From a virus (lineage: Duplodnaviria > Caudoviricetes), in IMG/VR virus record IMGVR_UViG_3300025631_000005, positions 9,996 to 73,995 of that record: a stretch of 64,000 nt of DNA, one strand, 5' to 3'. This document shows positions 30,431-39,875 of the stretch, in pieces. The translations under genes were made by a program, and so were the position numbers. Position 1 is the first letter of the stretch, and each line of letters starts with the position of its first letter. The notes under the pieces were generated by a model. It saw only the letters and a program-made list of their open reading frames with translations. It was not told where the DNA came from and did not search any database.

Positions 30431-31431
30431 TGAAGGTCAATTACGACATACTTACGCGGGCCGCTGTAGCAATTGCGAAAAACAGACCTGATCTTTTGCC
30501 GCCCTCTGTTAAGCTGGCTGCTATCAGCATAGGCGAGAATGCTCAGCATCTTTTGGTCAAACGGGCTCAGGATTTAGCGCATCTTAGCTGGGTGGAACCG
30601 TTCCTTGAGTTGCCAGACGACGTCAAAGGGCCGTACATCTCCCATATTTCTCCTGGCGTCCTGGCATACTACCAGCAGCAGAAGGAGCAGAGTCAACAGG
30701 CATTGCCGCAAGCGCCCGTAGCTGCTTCGAAGCCTGTCGGGTCCGGTTCTATTTTCGACTGGATCAAAAGCTATCTACAGCCAGCGTCTGGCAGAGCCGA
30801 TAGACCTGCGTCGGCTACGCCACGACCGCAAACCCAGGCTGCTGCACCGAAGCCGCCTGAACAACCGATATCGGTCGAGGAGCTGTTGACAGCCCCTGCC
30901 AAACCGGAAAACGAGGCGAGCAGTGCGGCGCCGCCGCCTCCCTCTGTGTTTGGCGGTGAAACGGCTTCGACAGACCAGCAGCAGAAAAAACCGACAGAAA
31001 AGACGCAAAAGAGAGAGGAGAAAAAGAAAGAGGACCCTCTGTCGGTAGAGAACCTTATTTCGGCTATCAATATGAAGATGGAACAGGCCGCAAAGAACTA
31101 TTCGCTGGATCAGGCTTCATTTTCCAGTGACAACGTGCAGACTCTGTTGCGCGGTGCGCGAGGCTGGATCTCGGACGTTGTAGCAAAGAAGCCGGCTCCA
31201 GAGGCGGCAGCACTGATCAGTGTCGTCGAAAAGCAGATGATAGATTTGATAAAAAGCCATGTAAAACTTGGCCTTGGGTTGTTGAGCGGCAGCTATGAAT
31301 TAGACGTTGAAGGGCTGCTGCGTGATCTGCCTCCGTTCGCAGAGAAAGTCATCGGCCGTAAACTGACTGAAGATGAGAAACGCAAGCTGTCTCAGGCGGT
31401 AACATGGATGCTATACAGGATGGCAAAGTAG
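30427..31431 (+). CDS. putative virion protein
   Basis: AAGGA RBS, coupled start, Pro/Ala-rich linker. Confidence 0.55.
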   Translation: MMKVNYDILTRAAVAIAKNRPDLLPPSVKLAAISIGENAQHLLVKRAQDLAHLSWVEPFLELPDDVKGPYISHISPGVLAYYQQQKEQSQQALPQAPVAASKPVGSGSIFDWIKSYLQPASGRADRPASATPRPQTQAAAPKPPEQPISVEELLTAPAKPENEASSAAPPPPSVFGGETASTDQQQKKPTEKTQKREEKKKEDPLSVENLISAINMKMEQAAKNYSLDQASFSSDNVQTLLRGARGWISDVVAKKPAPEAAALISVVEKQMIDLIKSHVKLGLGLLSGSYELDVEGLLRDLPPFAEKVIGRKLTEDEKRKLSQAVTWMLYRMAK

Positions 31432-31931
31432 AGAATCTGGTCAGGGCCCTGATGCGGTCTGTCGACCGCCTGGAGTCGGATCCGAACTTCGTCGAGACGA
31501 CCGACGTCCGGCAAGCGTGCTATCATGCTGCGGCCGGCACGATCGACCTGGACGACTTGTGCGACGCCGTCGTCTACTGCATAGCAATATACGGGGCGCC
31601 GGTGTTGCAAAACCTCGATGCACAGAGTTTGTATAGTCTTATTTTTGAAGGCGAACATAGCGACGACGCTTTTCCGATGCAAGCGATCATCGCAAACGAC
31701 ATCAGGAACCAGATTTTGGAGCAAAACAAGCCGGTCGATAGGATCGACGCATGGGAATTTATGACCCCATCGAAGAGGTTCCTGATCGCCGTCGGTTTGC
31801 CGTTTAATTTGTTTGTCTGCCTGTGCGAATACGCTGAGCCCGTTTCGGTTTTTCTACTGTTGTTTGCCCTGTCGCTACGGATACAGCACATATTAAGGAC
31901 CATTCTCGGAGTTGACAGTCGTGAGCCTTAG
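31404..31931 (+). CDS. hypothetical protein (start uncertain)
   Basis: Fills the gap on the coding strand. Confidence 0.45.
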   Translation: MDAIQDGKVENLVRALMRSVDRLESDPNFVETTDVRQACYHAAAGTIDLDDLCDAVVYCIAIYGAPVLQNLDAQSLYSLIFEGEHSDDAFPMQAIIANDIRNQILEQNKPVDRIDAWEFMTPSKRFLIAVGLPFNLFVCLCEYAEPVSVFLLLFALSLRIQHILRTILGVDSREP

Positions 31932-32157
31932 GATCGGTGTAGTCAAGTTCGTAAATGTCGAAAAAGGGTATGGTTTTATCACGCCGGACGGCGGAGGCGC
32001 GGATGTGTTCTTTCATATCACCAGATATTCTGGGCATATCCAGTTCAGCGAGCTGAAGCCGGGAATGCGGGTCAAGTACAACGACGAGCTCAACGGCGAT
32101 AGAGTAAGAGCGACGATCGTCAGATATGAGACGCCGCAAACCGAATCCGGCGGATGA
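31912..32157 (+). CDS. cold-shock domain protein
   Basis: GVVKFVNVEKGYGFITPDGGGADVFFHIT (RNP1/RNP2). Confidence 0.92.
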   Translation: MTVVSLRIGVVKFVNVEKGYGFITPDGGGADVFFHITRYSGHIQFSELKPGMRVKYNDELNGDRVRATIVRYETPQTESGG

Positions 32158-33866
32158 CGTCGAGAACCCGGGATTTTGAAATGAGCATCGACGAATCGCA
32201 GGGCCAAACGCCGGTCGATATACAGACGGCGGTCAGCTCAGGCCAGCTGCTTAACTCTGTGTTGGACCTTGTGAAAAGGCAGCTCATCTACTATGCCTAC
32301 CTGCACGGTTACAGGCCCAGAGCCGCTTCCACCTATCGCGCCAGGGAGCGGATGCTGTACGAAATGCAGACGCCGTACGCGGAGTCCGTGTCGAAGAAAG
32401 TCGATGCAGAGCTGGACCAGCTAGTGGATACGGTCGGCCAATGGCTCGGCTTTCCGAAAAATCAGCGGAAATCGCCTGAAAACAGGGCGCTGATCAAGAC
32501 GGTCCTGAAGCAGATAGAGAAGTACTTTCCAGGCACTTTGGACACGCTGCTGGCTCCGAACGGTTCGGCGTCCGAGCTGGCCGGGTTCGTGGCCGCTTCC
32601 CACGCCGCAACTGACCCGCAACTGTCCAGGAAAGCTCCCGACGGCAGGACACTGGCGGAATATCTGACGGACTACATCTACAAGCATTTTTACTCCGACC
32701 AAGACAAAGAAATCCGTCTGCAGAAAACGCGTGGGCTGACCGCCGGACAACTGGGCGGCGTTTTGTACCATCTGACGGAGAAAGGTGTAATCGACCCGGC
32801 GGTCGACACTCCGGACCAGATTGTCAAAAAGCTGGAGTATTTCGTTCCGGCTGTCGGAGAAGCACAGCGCTGGCTCCAAAAGACCAAACCGGACGCCGAT
32901 TTGCAGGATGCAGTGAATTTCACTGTGACATTCAATTCGATGCTGCCGCCGTCACCGTCCGGCTTTGTGGAGAAAGACTATCTTCTTAAGAATCTCTTAG
33001 CTGATATTCGGAAGAACGAGCTGTTAGCGCATCAGTTTTCGTCTGGAGCTCCTGGCGCCCTGCCTTCAGAGGAGGCAGTCAAACAACACAAGAAAAGAGT
33101 GCAACAGTTGCGACAGTCCGAGATGGGTGCTTACTATGGGGCCATACTAGCCGCTAAAAAGATGGGTCTCATAAAGTCCCGATCCAGGGCAGGCTACCTG
33201 GCGGAGAAGATAGAGAATGGCACGCCTGTCGTCTTCAGAAACAGCAGCGAGGTTGTCGACGCCTTGGTCAGAAGCGGTGTGGCGCCGAATATAGCCACGC
33301 AACTCGTGTCTAATCCAGAAATGACCTCCCAGTACCTGACAGGGGGCAATGTCGATCTGGCTATGACAGGCGCTCAGAGCGTACAGGCTCGTCGCAACAT
33401 GTGGCAGCTGTTTAAGACGTACCGCAAGGCGGGCCTTAAGGGTGGACCAAAAGCCGCTTTCAACCTCAGTCTGGCCCAGACGGCCGCCGCATACGGCTAT
33501 CCTGACGTTGAGCAGTTCAGGCAGATGGTGCTGATGATGCCGCCCGGGACGATGGCTATGCCGACGGAGAGCTGGACGCCGCAGCGGTCGTGGGTGGCGC
33601 GTACCCTCCCGCCAACCACCAACCCGATAACGGCCAAAACGCTGCCGACGCTCAGTACAATGGTTTCTGAGGAAATACAGTACCCAGAGCTGGCTCCAAG
33701 CGTCGGTTCGCTGCAGAGAATCATTGCGACGATGAAGGATATTGCGAAAGAACCGCCGGAATCGAAGTCGGAGACGTTGTCCTCTTTGATCAGCGGCGCG
33801 GTCGACCTTACCAAGTCTGAAAACAAGCCGCTCAAAGACGTCCCAACCACGGAGATGGTGTTCTGA
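32154..33866 (+). CDS. large hypothetical protein
   Basis: 570-codon ORF coupled to CSP stop. Confidence 0.6.
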   Translation: MTSRTRDFEMSIDESQGQTPVDIQTAVSSGQLLNSVLDLVKRQLIYYAYLHGYRPRAASTYRARERMLYEMQTPYAESVSKKVDAELDQLVDTVGQWLGFPKNQRKSPENRALIKTVLKQIEKYFPGTLDTLLAPNGSASELAGFVAASHAATDPQLSRKAPDGRTLAEYLTDYIYKHFYSDQDKEIRLQKTRGLTAGQLGGVLYHLTEKGVIDPAVDTPDQIVKKLEYFVPAVGEAQRWLQKTKPDADLQDAVNFTVTFNSMLPPSPSGFVEKDYLLKNLLADIRKNELLAHQFSSGAPGALPSEEAVKQHKKRVQQLRQSEMGAYYGAILAAKKMGLIKSRSRAGYLAEKIENGTPVVFRNSSEVVDALVRSGVAPNIATQLVSNPEMTSQYLTGGNVDLAMTGAQSVQARRNMWQLFKTYRKAGLKGGPKAAFNLSLAQTAAAYGYPDVEQFRQMVLMMPPGTMAMPTESWTPQRSWVARTLPPTTNPITAKTLPTLSTMVSEEIQYPELAPSVGSLQRIIATMKDIAKEPPESKSETLSSLISGAVDLTKSENKPLKDVPTTEMVF

Positions 33867-33867
33867 C

Positions 33868-36117
33868 ATGCCAAGCAACGTCCGCAATATAGAGCCAGGC
33901 GAGGAGGCGGTCGGTATCCCGTCGCGGAAGTACTACGGCTCCTTGGGATTGCGGCCGGGGGAGCTTCTGGACCTTATTGTCCAGGAGCATAAAGCCCATA
34001 GAGCCGGCAAACACTACGATATCCGCATAGGCGACCCGACAAGGGGGTTGTTCAGCTGGGCGTCGAGAAAACCTTGGCCGCAACCCGGCGAGAAACGGCT
34101 GGCTATCCAGCAGCCTGTCCATGCGTATTCGTACAAAGACTTCGAAGGGGTCATAGGCCAAGGTTACGGAAAGGGTGTGGTGCGGAAGGAAATGGAGAGG
34201 CGGATCGTCATTACAGCCGCCTCTCCGAATATGATCCATTTCACTACGGCGGATGAGCGTTTTCCGGAGCGGTTCGTTCTGATTCGTCAAAAAGGCGAAG
34301 GGAAAAACGCCAGATGGCTGCTCCTCAACGTGACCCAGTCCGACGGACCGGAATACGATAAACCGAAGATCAAAGAAGTTCCGGCAAAGGACGTCGATGA
34401 GTTCATTCGGCAGATGAAAGACGGCGACAGCCTCCAAGAGAAGATCGACGGTGCGCATGGACTAATTAAACTGCTGAATAACCATATCGAGGTCATCAGT
34501 ATCCGCAAATCAAAGAGCGGACGGTCGATCGTTCATACGGAACGCATCTTCCAAGGCGTCAGACCGAAAGTGGAGGATAAGGCGATCCAAGATACGGTGA
34601 TGGCCGGCGAGATCTGGGGTGAACGTGGGGGGAAGGCTATACCCCCACAGGAGTTAGGTGGGATACTCAACGCCGCCATCGAGAAAGCGATCCAGAAGCA
34701 GAAAGAACTGGGCGCCCAGTTGAAGGTCTCCCTCTTCGACCTTTACCGGCTGGCCGGCAAAGATGTCCGCGAGATGCCGTATCAGGAGAGGATCAAACTC
34801 ATCAAGGAGCAGGTGCTGCCGAAGCTGCCGGACCGTGTTTTCGATATTGTCGAGCAGGCCACAGACAGCGACAGCGCCAGAAAGCTCTGGAAGCAGATCG
34901 CCAGCGGCAAGCACAAGCGCACCCAAGAAGGCGTCATTCTGCGTCCGGCGGAGGGCCAGCCAGCCAAGGCCAAACTGTTCAGCGAACATGATGTTGTCAT
35001 CAGAAGGGTGTTTCCAGGGGAGGGGAAATACCGCGAAAGAGGGGTCGGCGGCTTCGAATACTCCTATGATGCGTCCGGACCGATTGTCGGACGGGTCGGC
35101 ACAGGGCTCTCAGATGAGCTTCGGGAGGATATGTTTAAGAACCCGCAGGCGTATATTGGTAGATGGGCGAGAGTTACCGCCCAGGGAAAATTCCCGTCTG
35201 GAGCGTTAAGGGCCCCGTCGCTCCTCTCCCTTCACGAAGATAAACCAGAGGTAGAGGTCCAAGAGCCCGAGATTTTGAATCCGGATTCAAAAACAATGAA
35301 AACAGCTCACGTCAATGTGCCTGATCGGCTGCGATGGGAAGACCTACCCACGGCCATCGAGCAGGTCTATCACCGTTACAAACCGAGGGTGATCCAGGAA
35401 ATCACCGCCAATCCGTTCGCAAACAGTTGGCAGGTTGAAACCCCATTAGGGGCTATCAAGGTGGCCAACTCGCACTGGTCGCCATTCTCCTTCGTGTACG
35501 ACGCCCTGGTAGAGCCAACAAAGCCGTTCGGCGGCCCGACGCCGCTGCTGCTTTCGCTTGTCGGCGGCGCCTACGGCGCTGGTCTGGGCGGCCTGGGAGG
35601 GCTAATTTACGGCAGTCTCGCAAACACACTGGGCGGGCGTATGGTGGAGACGCCGACAGCGGTTAGACGCCTAGCTATTCTGGGGGGGCTCCTTGGGGCT
35701 CTACCGGCCCTGACAGTAGGGCTGTCCAGGGCGCTGCACGGACGCGGGTTGAAAGGGTTTACAGAAAAATGGCCAGAGGAAAGCCAGAGCGGTATGGCCA
35801 AGGAAAGCCAGGCGGCTGTCCCGGTTTACGTTGTCAACGAACCCCATTGGAGGGATACCGTATTTGAAGATCGGTTCCTGACGGCGTCCGAAAAAGCGCT
35901 CGCTGCTTCCCCTGTCTACGCGTCGTCACTGGCTGCCGGGAGAAGCAATGTAACTCCTGGAGAAATAGGGTATACTACACTCAAAGCGGGCCTTGGTTCG
36001 CTTCTCGGATACATGATCGGCAACATCGCCGGAAGCGTTCTATCGCTGTCGCCCGATATGCGGGAAAAAGTCAGAAATACGGGTATGCTCGCCGCTATGT
36101 TGCGGAGCGTCTTCTAG
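33868..36117 (+). CDS. LigD-type 3'-phosphoesterase + ATP-dependent DNA ligase fused to a C-terminal Gly-rich hydrophobic domain
   Basis: QEHKAHRAGKHYDIR..VHAYSY; EKIDG, AGEIW, LFDLY, EGVILR, OB-fold GRVGTGLS; unrelated domain after a linker. Confidence 0.85.
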   Translation: MPSNVRNIEPGEEAVGIPSRKYYGSLGLRPGELLDLIVQEHKAHRAGKHYDIRIGDPTRGLFSWASRKPWPQPGEKRLAIQQPVHAYSYKDFEGVIGQGYGKGVVRKEMERRIVITAASPNMIHFTTADERFPERFVLIRQKGEGKNARWLLLNVTQSDGPEYDKPKIKEVPAKDVDEFIRQMKDGDSLQEKIDGAHGLIKLLNNHIEVISIRKSKSGRSIVHTERIFQGVRPKVEDKAIQDTVMAGEIWGERGGKAIPPQELGGILNAAIEKAIQKQKELGAQLKVSLFDLYRLAGKDVREMPYQERIKLIKEQVLPKLPDRVFDIVEQATDSDSARKLWKQIASGKHKRTQEGVILRPAEGQPAKAKLFSEHDVVIRRVFPGEGKYRERGVGGFEYSYDASGPIVGRVGTGLSDELREDMFKNPQAYIGRWARVTAQGKFPSGALRAPSLLSLHEDKPEVEVQEPEILNPDSKTMKTAHVNVPDRLRWEDLPTAIEQVYHRYKPRVIQEITANPFANSWQVETPLGAIKVANSHWSPFSFVYDALVEPTKPFGGPTPLLLSLVGGAYGAGLGGLGGLIYGSLANTLGGRMVETPTAVRRLAILGGLLGALPALTVGLSRALHGRGLKGFTEKWPEESQSGMAKESQAAVPVYVVNEPHWRDTVFEDRFLTASEKALAASPVYASSLAAGRSNVTPGEIGYTTLKAGLGSLLGYMIGNIAGSVLSLSPDMREKVRNTGMLAAMLRSVF
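35273..35292. repeat. 20-bp palindrome copy 6
   Basis: Exact; in the interdomain linker of the ligase fusion. Confidence 0.95.
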
Positions 36118-36127
36118 GAGATACGCT

Positions 36128-36958
36128 ATGCGTTCGGTTGTATTTTGGTTGTTCTGCTCAGCACTGATGCTTCTTGGTTGCACACAGGAGCCGCCTATGC
36201 CAGACCCTGCTCCAACACCTGATGTACAGAAGGAACTTGATCTCAGGATCGAAGGCGCCACTCAGATTTCTACTGAGGAAAACGCCATCTACACAGTGAA
36301 CGGGCTGCCGAAAGAGCGGCTCAACTGCGCTAAAGTCTATACTTGGCCGCGTGACAGCGTTTTTATCATGGCCGGTCAGACGTGGGAGAGTAAACCGTTT
36401 TTGCTGTTCAATGCCAAAAAACCGGGCAGCTACCTCATCTGGGTGGTTGTGTCTGCTTCTGACGTACGTGGCTACACTGAGTTGCCGGTCAATGTAGTCG
36501 CTAACGTACCTCCGAAACCGGACCCCAATCCCGGTCCGAACCCCGGCCCCAGCCCAGAGCCTAATCCCGGTCCGAACCCTGATCCTACACCCAAACCTTC
36601 TCCGAAACCGAACCCCGATCCCGAACCGAAGCCTACCCCCAAACCGACCAAGATTTGCCTTGTGGTCGTTGTCGACGAGAGTAGTAAACGCACCCCCTCT
36701 ATAGCCAGGGTGATGTTCGACAAAGACGTCGAGCAGTTCATCACTTCCAAGGGCTGGAGATACTATAAGCTGGATAAGGACACCGTAGACGCGGAGAATA
36801 AGCCTCCCGAACGGTTCGTAGGCTTTATTAGACGAGCCGAAGCCAAAGGTTTACCGTGGGTAATGGTTATTGATGAGGCCAGCGAAGTGGTGTCCGAGTT
36901 TGGGTTGCCGCAGACGGTCGAAGAATTCATCAACAAACTGAAGGAGTCGGCGGATTGA
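36128..36958 (+). CDS. putative lipoprotein with Pro-rich linker and thioredoxin-like C-terminus
   Basis: LMLLGC lipobox; PNPGP/PDP repeats; GLPWVMVID. Confidence 0.6.
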   Translation: MRSVVFWLFCSALMLLGCTQEPPMPDPAPTPDVQKELDLRIEGATQISTEENAIYTVNGLPKERLNCAKVYTWPRDSVFIMAGQTWESKPFLLFNAKKPGSYLIWVVVSASDVRGYTELPVNVVANVPPKPDPNPGPNPGPSPEPNPGPNPDPTPKPSPKPNPDPEPKPTPKPTKICLVVVVDESSKRTPSIARVMFDKDVEQFITSKGWRYYKLDKDTVDAENKPPERFVGFIRRAEAKGLPWVMVIDEASEVVSEFGLPQTVEEFINKLKESAD

Positions 36959-36959
36959 G

Positions 36960-37727
36960 ATGTTGTACCGCACAGGTCTGCACCCGAGAACTATTCCGTA
37001 TGGATCAATATGCCCAGTTTACTCGGAAGTTCACCCGTTGGTGCCTCGCCAGCGGTGGCAAGCGATCTCTTTAAGACATTATGTCGATTATGTCCTAGAC
37101 CAAAACGGCTATAACAGTTGCGTCGGTGCAGCCGGCGTAGCCGCCGTCATGGCCGCCAGACGACAGCTGGGGCTCAGCCCGATTGAGCTGTCGATCGGCA
37201 GCCTATACGGCCAGATCAACGGCGGCGTTGATCGCGGCTGTGAACTGCACGCCTCTGTCATGGCGTTGAAAACGATCGGTTGTTGTCCGGTGGATGTCAT
37301 TCAACACTGCAACTGGCAACAAAAGTACTGGCCGAAAGGCTGGAAAAAGATCGCTAAACAGTATCGCATTGTCGAGGCATACGATTGTCAGACGTTCGAC
37401 GAGATAGCCTCCGCCTTGCAGTGCGGCTATGTTGTTTGTTACGGGATATTCATCCCATCGTCCTTTATGGACGTAAAGTCGGACGGGATTGTTCCATCCC
37501 GAGTACGATACAAGGACATCATCGGCGCTCATGCGATGCTGGCTATCGGGATGAAGAAAATACGGCGTCGGTGGTATCTAGAAACCCAGAACTCCTGGGG
37601 CGTCAAATGGGGGAACAACGGTTTCTGTTACATTCCTGAAAGCTATCTCGACGTTCCGCAAGTCGATGCGTGGGCGTTGAGAGTCACTACTTTTTGCGGT
37701 AATGGTGAGGGGAAAAAAGATGAGTGA
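36960..37727 (+). CDS. papain-like (C1) cysteine peptidase
   Basis: DQNGYNSC, GAHAML, QNSWG. Confidence 0.9.
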   Translation: MLYRTGLHPRTIPYGSICPVYSEVHPLVPRQRWQAISLRHYVDYVLDQNGYNSCVGAAGVAAVMAARRQLGLSPIELSIGSLYGQINGGVDRGCELHASVMALKTIGCCPVDVIQHCNWQQKYWPKGWKKIAKQYRIVEAYDCQTFDEIASALQCGYVVCYGIFIPSSFMDVKSDGIVPSRVRYKDIIGAHAMLAIGMKKIRRRWYLETQNSWGVKWGNNGFCYIPESYLDVPQVDAWALRVTTFCGNGEGKKDE

Positions 37728-38535
37728 ACAACTATCGTTTGGGGAGTTTTTCTTTGGGTTGAAGCCACGCGACGTCTCCTATGGTGAGGTCGCGCCTATC
37801 TATTCAGAGCGGCAGCCGGTCGTTCCTAGGGCACAATGGCAGGAAATCTCGTTGAAGCATTACGTACCGCGGATTCTTGACCAGGATGGGCAGGGAAGCT
37901 GCGTAGGAGCCTCCGGAGTGGCCGCTGTCATGGCAGCCAGACGCCAGATGGGCTTGGAGGACGTAGAGCTATCCATCGGCAGCCTTTACGGTCAGATCAA
38001 CGATGGCGTCGACGAGGGGTCTACGCTCAGCCGGTCGATCCAGGCTCTGACGAACGTCGGGTGCTGTCCCGTCTCTCTTATTCCGCACTACACCTGGCAG
38101 CAGAGCAAGTGGCCTAGGAACTGGATAGATACCGCCAGGCTCTATCGCATAACAGAGGCTTACGACTGCACCAACTTCGATGAAATCGCCTCTGCTATCC
38201 AGTCCGGATTCGTCGTAAGCTACGGAATTCCGGTGACGAAAGGCTTTGTCGAGAACGTGAGCAAGGACGGGTACGTGCCGGTGAATGTAGTCAACATCGT
38301 CGGACTTCACGCCCTGCTCGGGATCGGGCTGCATAAGCACGACAACAGATGGTGGATCGAGACGCAGAACTCCTGGGGTACAAGATGGGGAAAGGGCGGC
38401 TTCGGCTACATTCCTGAGACGTATTTTACGACAAGATATGCTGTGGACGCTTGGGCGCTGCGGGTGACAGTATGCTCCGCCAAAGACAACGGCTATCTCG
38501 AGGAACCGTTCAATGGGAAAAAGCAGACCAGGTGA
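37720..38535 (+). CDS. papain-like (C1) cysteine peptidase, tandem paralog
   Basis: DQDGQGSC, GLHALL, QNSWG; in-frame ATG 37720. Confidence 0.9.
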   Translation: MSEQLSFGEFFFGLKPRDVSYGEVAPIYSERQPVVPRAQWQEISLKHYVPRILDQDGQGSCVGASGVAAVMAARRQMGLEDVELSIGSLYGQINDGVDEGSTLSRSIQALTNVGCCPVSLIPHYTWQQSKWPRNWIDTARLYRITEAYDCTNFDEIASAIQSGFVVSYGIPVTKGFVENVSKDGYVPVNVVNIVGLHALLGIGLHKHDNRWWIETQNSWGTRWGKGGFGYIPETYFTTRYAVDAWALRVTVCSAKDNGYLEEPFNGKKQTR

Positions 38536-38962
38536 CATCCCAACCACGCTCGACACCTGCCAGGCGTACATGATCGGTTTCTTCTCCTACAGGGAGAAGA
38601 TCGACGAAGCCGACAACCCATATATGTTCGGGGACGAAAGCTACTGGCAGTGGAGAAGAGGGTGGTACGCGGCCAAAAAAGAAGCGAAGCCGCCTTGGTG
38701 GAAAGATTATGAGCTGCTCGCCGTCGTCATTTTGGGGGTCTACGCGTTGACGCTGGCCGTTGTGAATATAGTCGGAGTACAGGTCGGTGCGTTGGAGATG
38801 TTACTTGTCGCCATTTATTCCGCAGCGTCAGTCATGTTCAGGCTTGCCAACAAACCAGTTCCGTCTTATATGCCGGCTCCGTTATTAAAGAGGATGGCCA
38901 ATGTGCGAAGAGAATCAGAACAACCAGAACCGGCCCGACAAGCCGAAAGACCAGCCGAGTAA
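38513..38962 (+). CDS. membrane protein with two predicted TM segments
   Basis: NPY..YWQWRRGW then two hydrophobic stretches. Confidence 0.55.
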   Translation: MGKSRPGDIPTTLDTCQAYMIGFFSYREKIDEADNPYMFGDESYWQWRRGWYAAKKEAKPPWWKDYELLAVVILGVYALTLAVVNIVGVQVGALEMLLVAIYSAASVMFRLANKPVPSYMPAPLLKRMANVRRESEQPEPARQAERPAE

Positions 38963-39629
38963 CACAGGGCTGGCGGTTCCAGGCATTCTCAGCGCTATCG
39001 CAACCGTTATTGCGGTTGTGCTCAAAATACTCGGAGAGGCTGTCTTTATCGTCTGGACCGTGTTGAAGTTCCTGTTCGACCAGGTGGCTTACATCGTGCA
39101 GCAGTATCCGAAAGAAAGTCTTGGATTCCTGCTGGGTTCGGCCCTAGTCGCCTCCGTTTGGCTGTTCGGATGGATCGGATGCAGTACCAGCGAGCCGGAG
39201 TTCGTAGAGGTTTACTACGCCGACGTTGCTAAAGTTCCGGAAGGTGGAATAATCGCTATTCGGTCCGGCCCGCTCGGCCTAAAGAAGAAGCTGGTATACC
39301 TGGCGGATGTCGGCGTGCCGTCCTTGACGGAACCGTTCGGGTCTGACGCTCAGAAGTTCGTCCAGTCTATGGTCGCCGGTCGCCGGATCTGCGTCAAAAG
39401 GAAAGCATACCAGCCTGAAGGCTCCGGTATCGTGTTTCTGCTTAACGGCGACTGTGTCCAGCAAAGGCTCGTCCGTATGGGTTATGCCTACTGTCGAGGT
39501 AAGCTGTGGCGGGACGAAGAGAAACAAGCCAAAAGCGAGAAGCTGGGTATATGGAGCGTCAGAGGATTCACGGGGCAAGAGGACGAACCGCAACCAAGTG
39601 AAAACAAGCAGCCAAGCAGCGGCATTTAG
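38901..39629 (+). CDS. membrane-anchored SNase/thermonuclease-fold protein, catalytic residues apparently lost
   Basis: EPFGSDA, LVRMGYA, AKSEKLGIW retained; DGDT, RLxGIDAPE and DxYGR replaced. Confidence 0.7.
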   Translation: MCEENQNNQNRPDKPKDQPSNTGLAVPGILSAIATVIAVVLKILGEAVFIVWTVLKFLFDQVAYIVQQYPKESLGFLLGSALVASVWLFGWIGCSTSEPEFVEVYYADVAKVPEGGIIAIRSGPLGLKKKLVYLADVGVPSLTEPFGSDAQKFVQSMVAGRRICVKRKAYQPEGSGIVFLLNGDCVQQRLVRMGYAYCRGKLWRDEEKQAKSEKLGIWSVRGFTGQEDEPQPSENKQPSSGI

Positions 39630-39666
39630 AATTGGGAAGGCGCACGCCTTCCTGTACTTTAGCTAC

Positions 39667-39758
39667 AAGCACCTGGCCAAAGCGGCGTAGTTCTTCTTTT
39701 CAAGACCTGATAGTCAGGTTTTCTGAAGAAGTACGTCGTTTTGGCCAGGTGCTTTTTT
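39667..39758 (+). other. 88-nt long hairpin followed by T6
   Basis: 15-bp perfect outer stem AAGCACCTGGCCAAA/TTTGGCCAGGTGCTT extended to ~38 pairs with G-U, loop TAG 39711-39713. Confidence 0.85.
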
Positions 39759-39792
39759 ACGTTTAGGGTTGCTTGTTTTTACTTAACCGTAA

Positions 39793-39869
39793 CCGTCATG
39801 GCGCAGCAGGCAGGAGCCTGCAAGGTCTCTGGGCGGTTTGATTCGCTGGCGCTCACAAACGCATGACGG
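39793..39869 (+). ncRNA. retron-like msr/msd ncRNA cognate to the RT (copy R0)
   Basis: Closing IR CCGTCATG/CATGACGG, unpaired G39801, hairpin GCAGGC-AGGA-GCCTGC; ends 6 nt before RT ATG. Confidence 0.65.
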
Positions 39870-39875
39870 GGTGTT

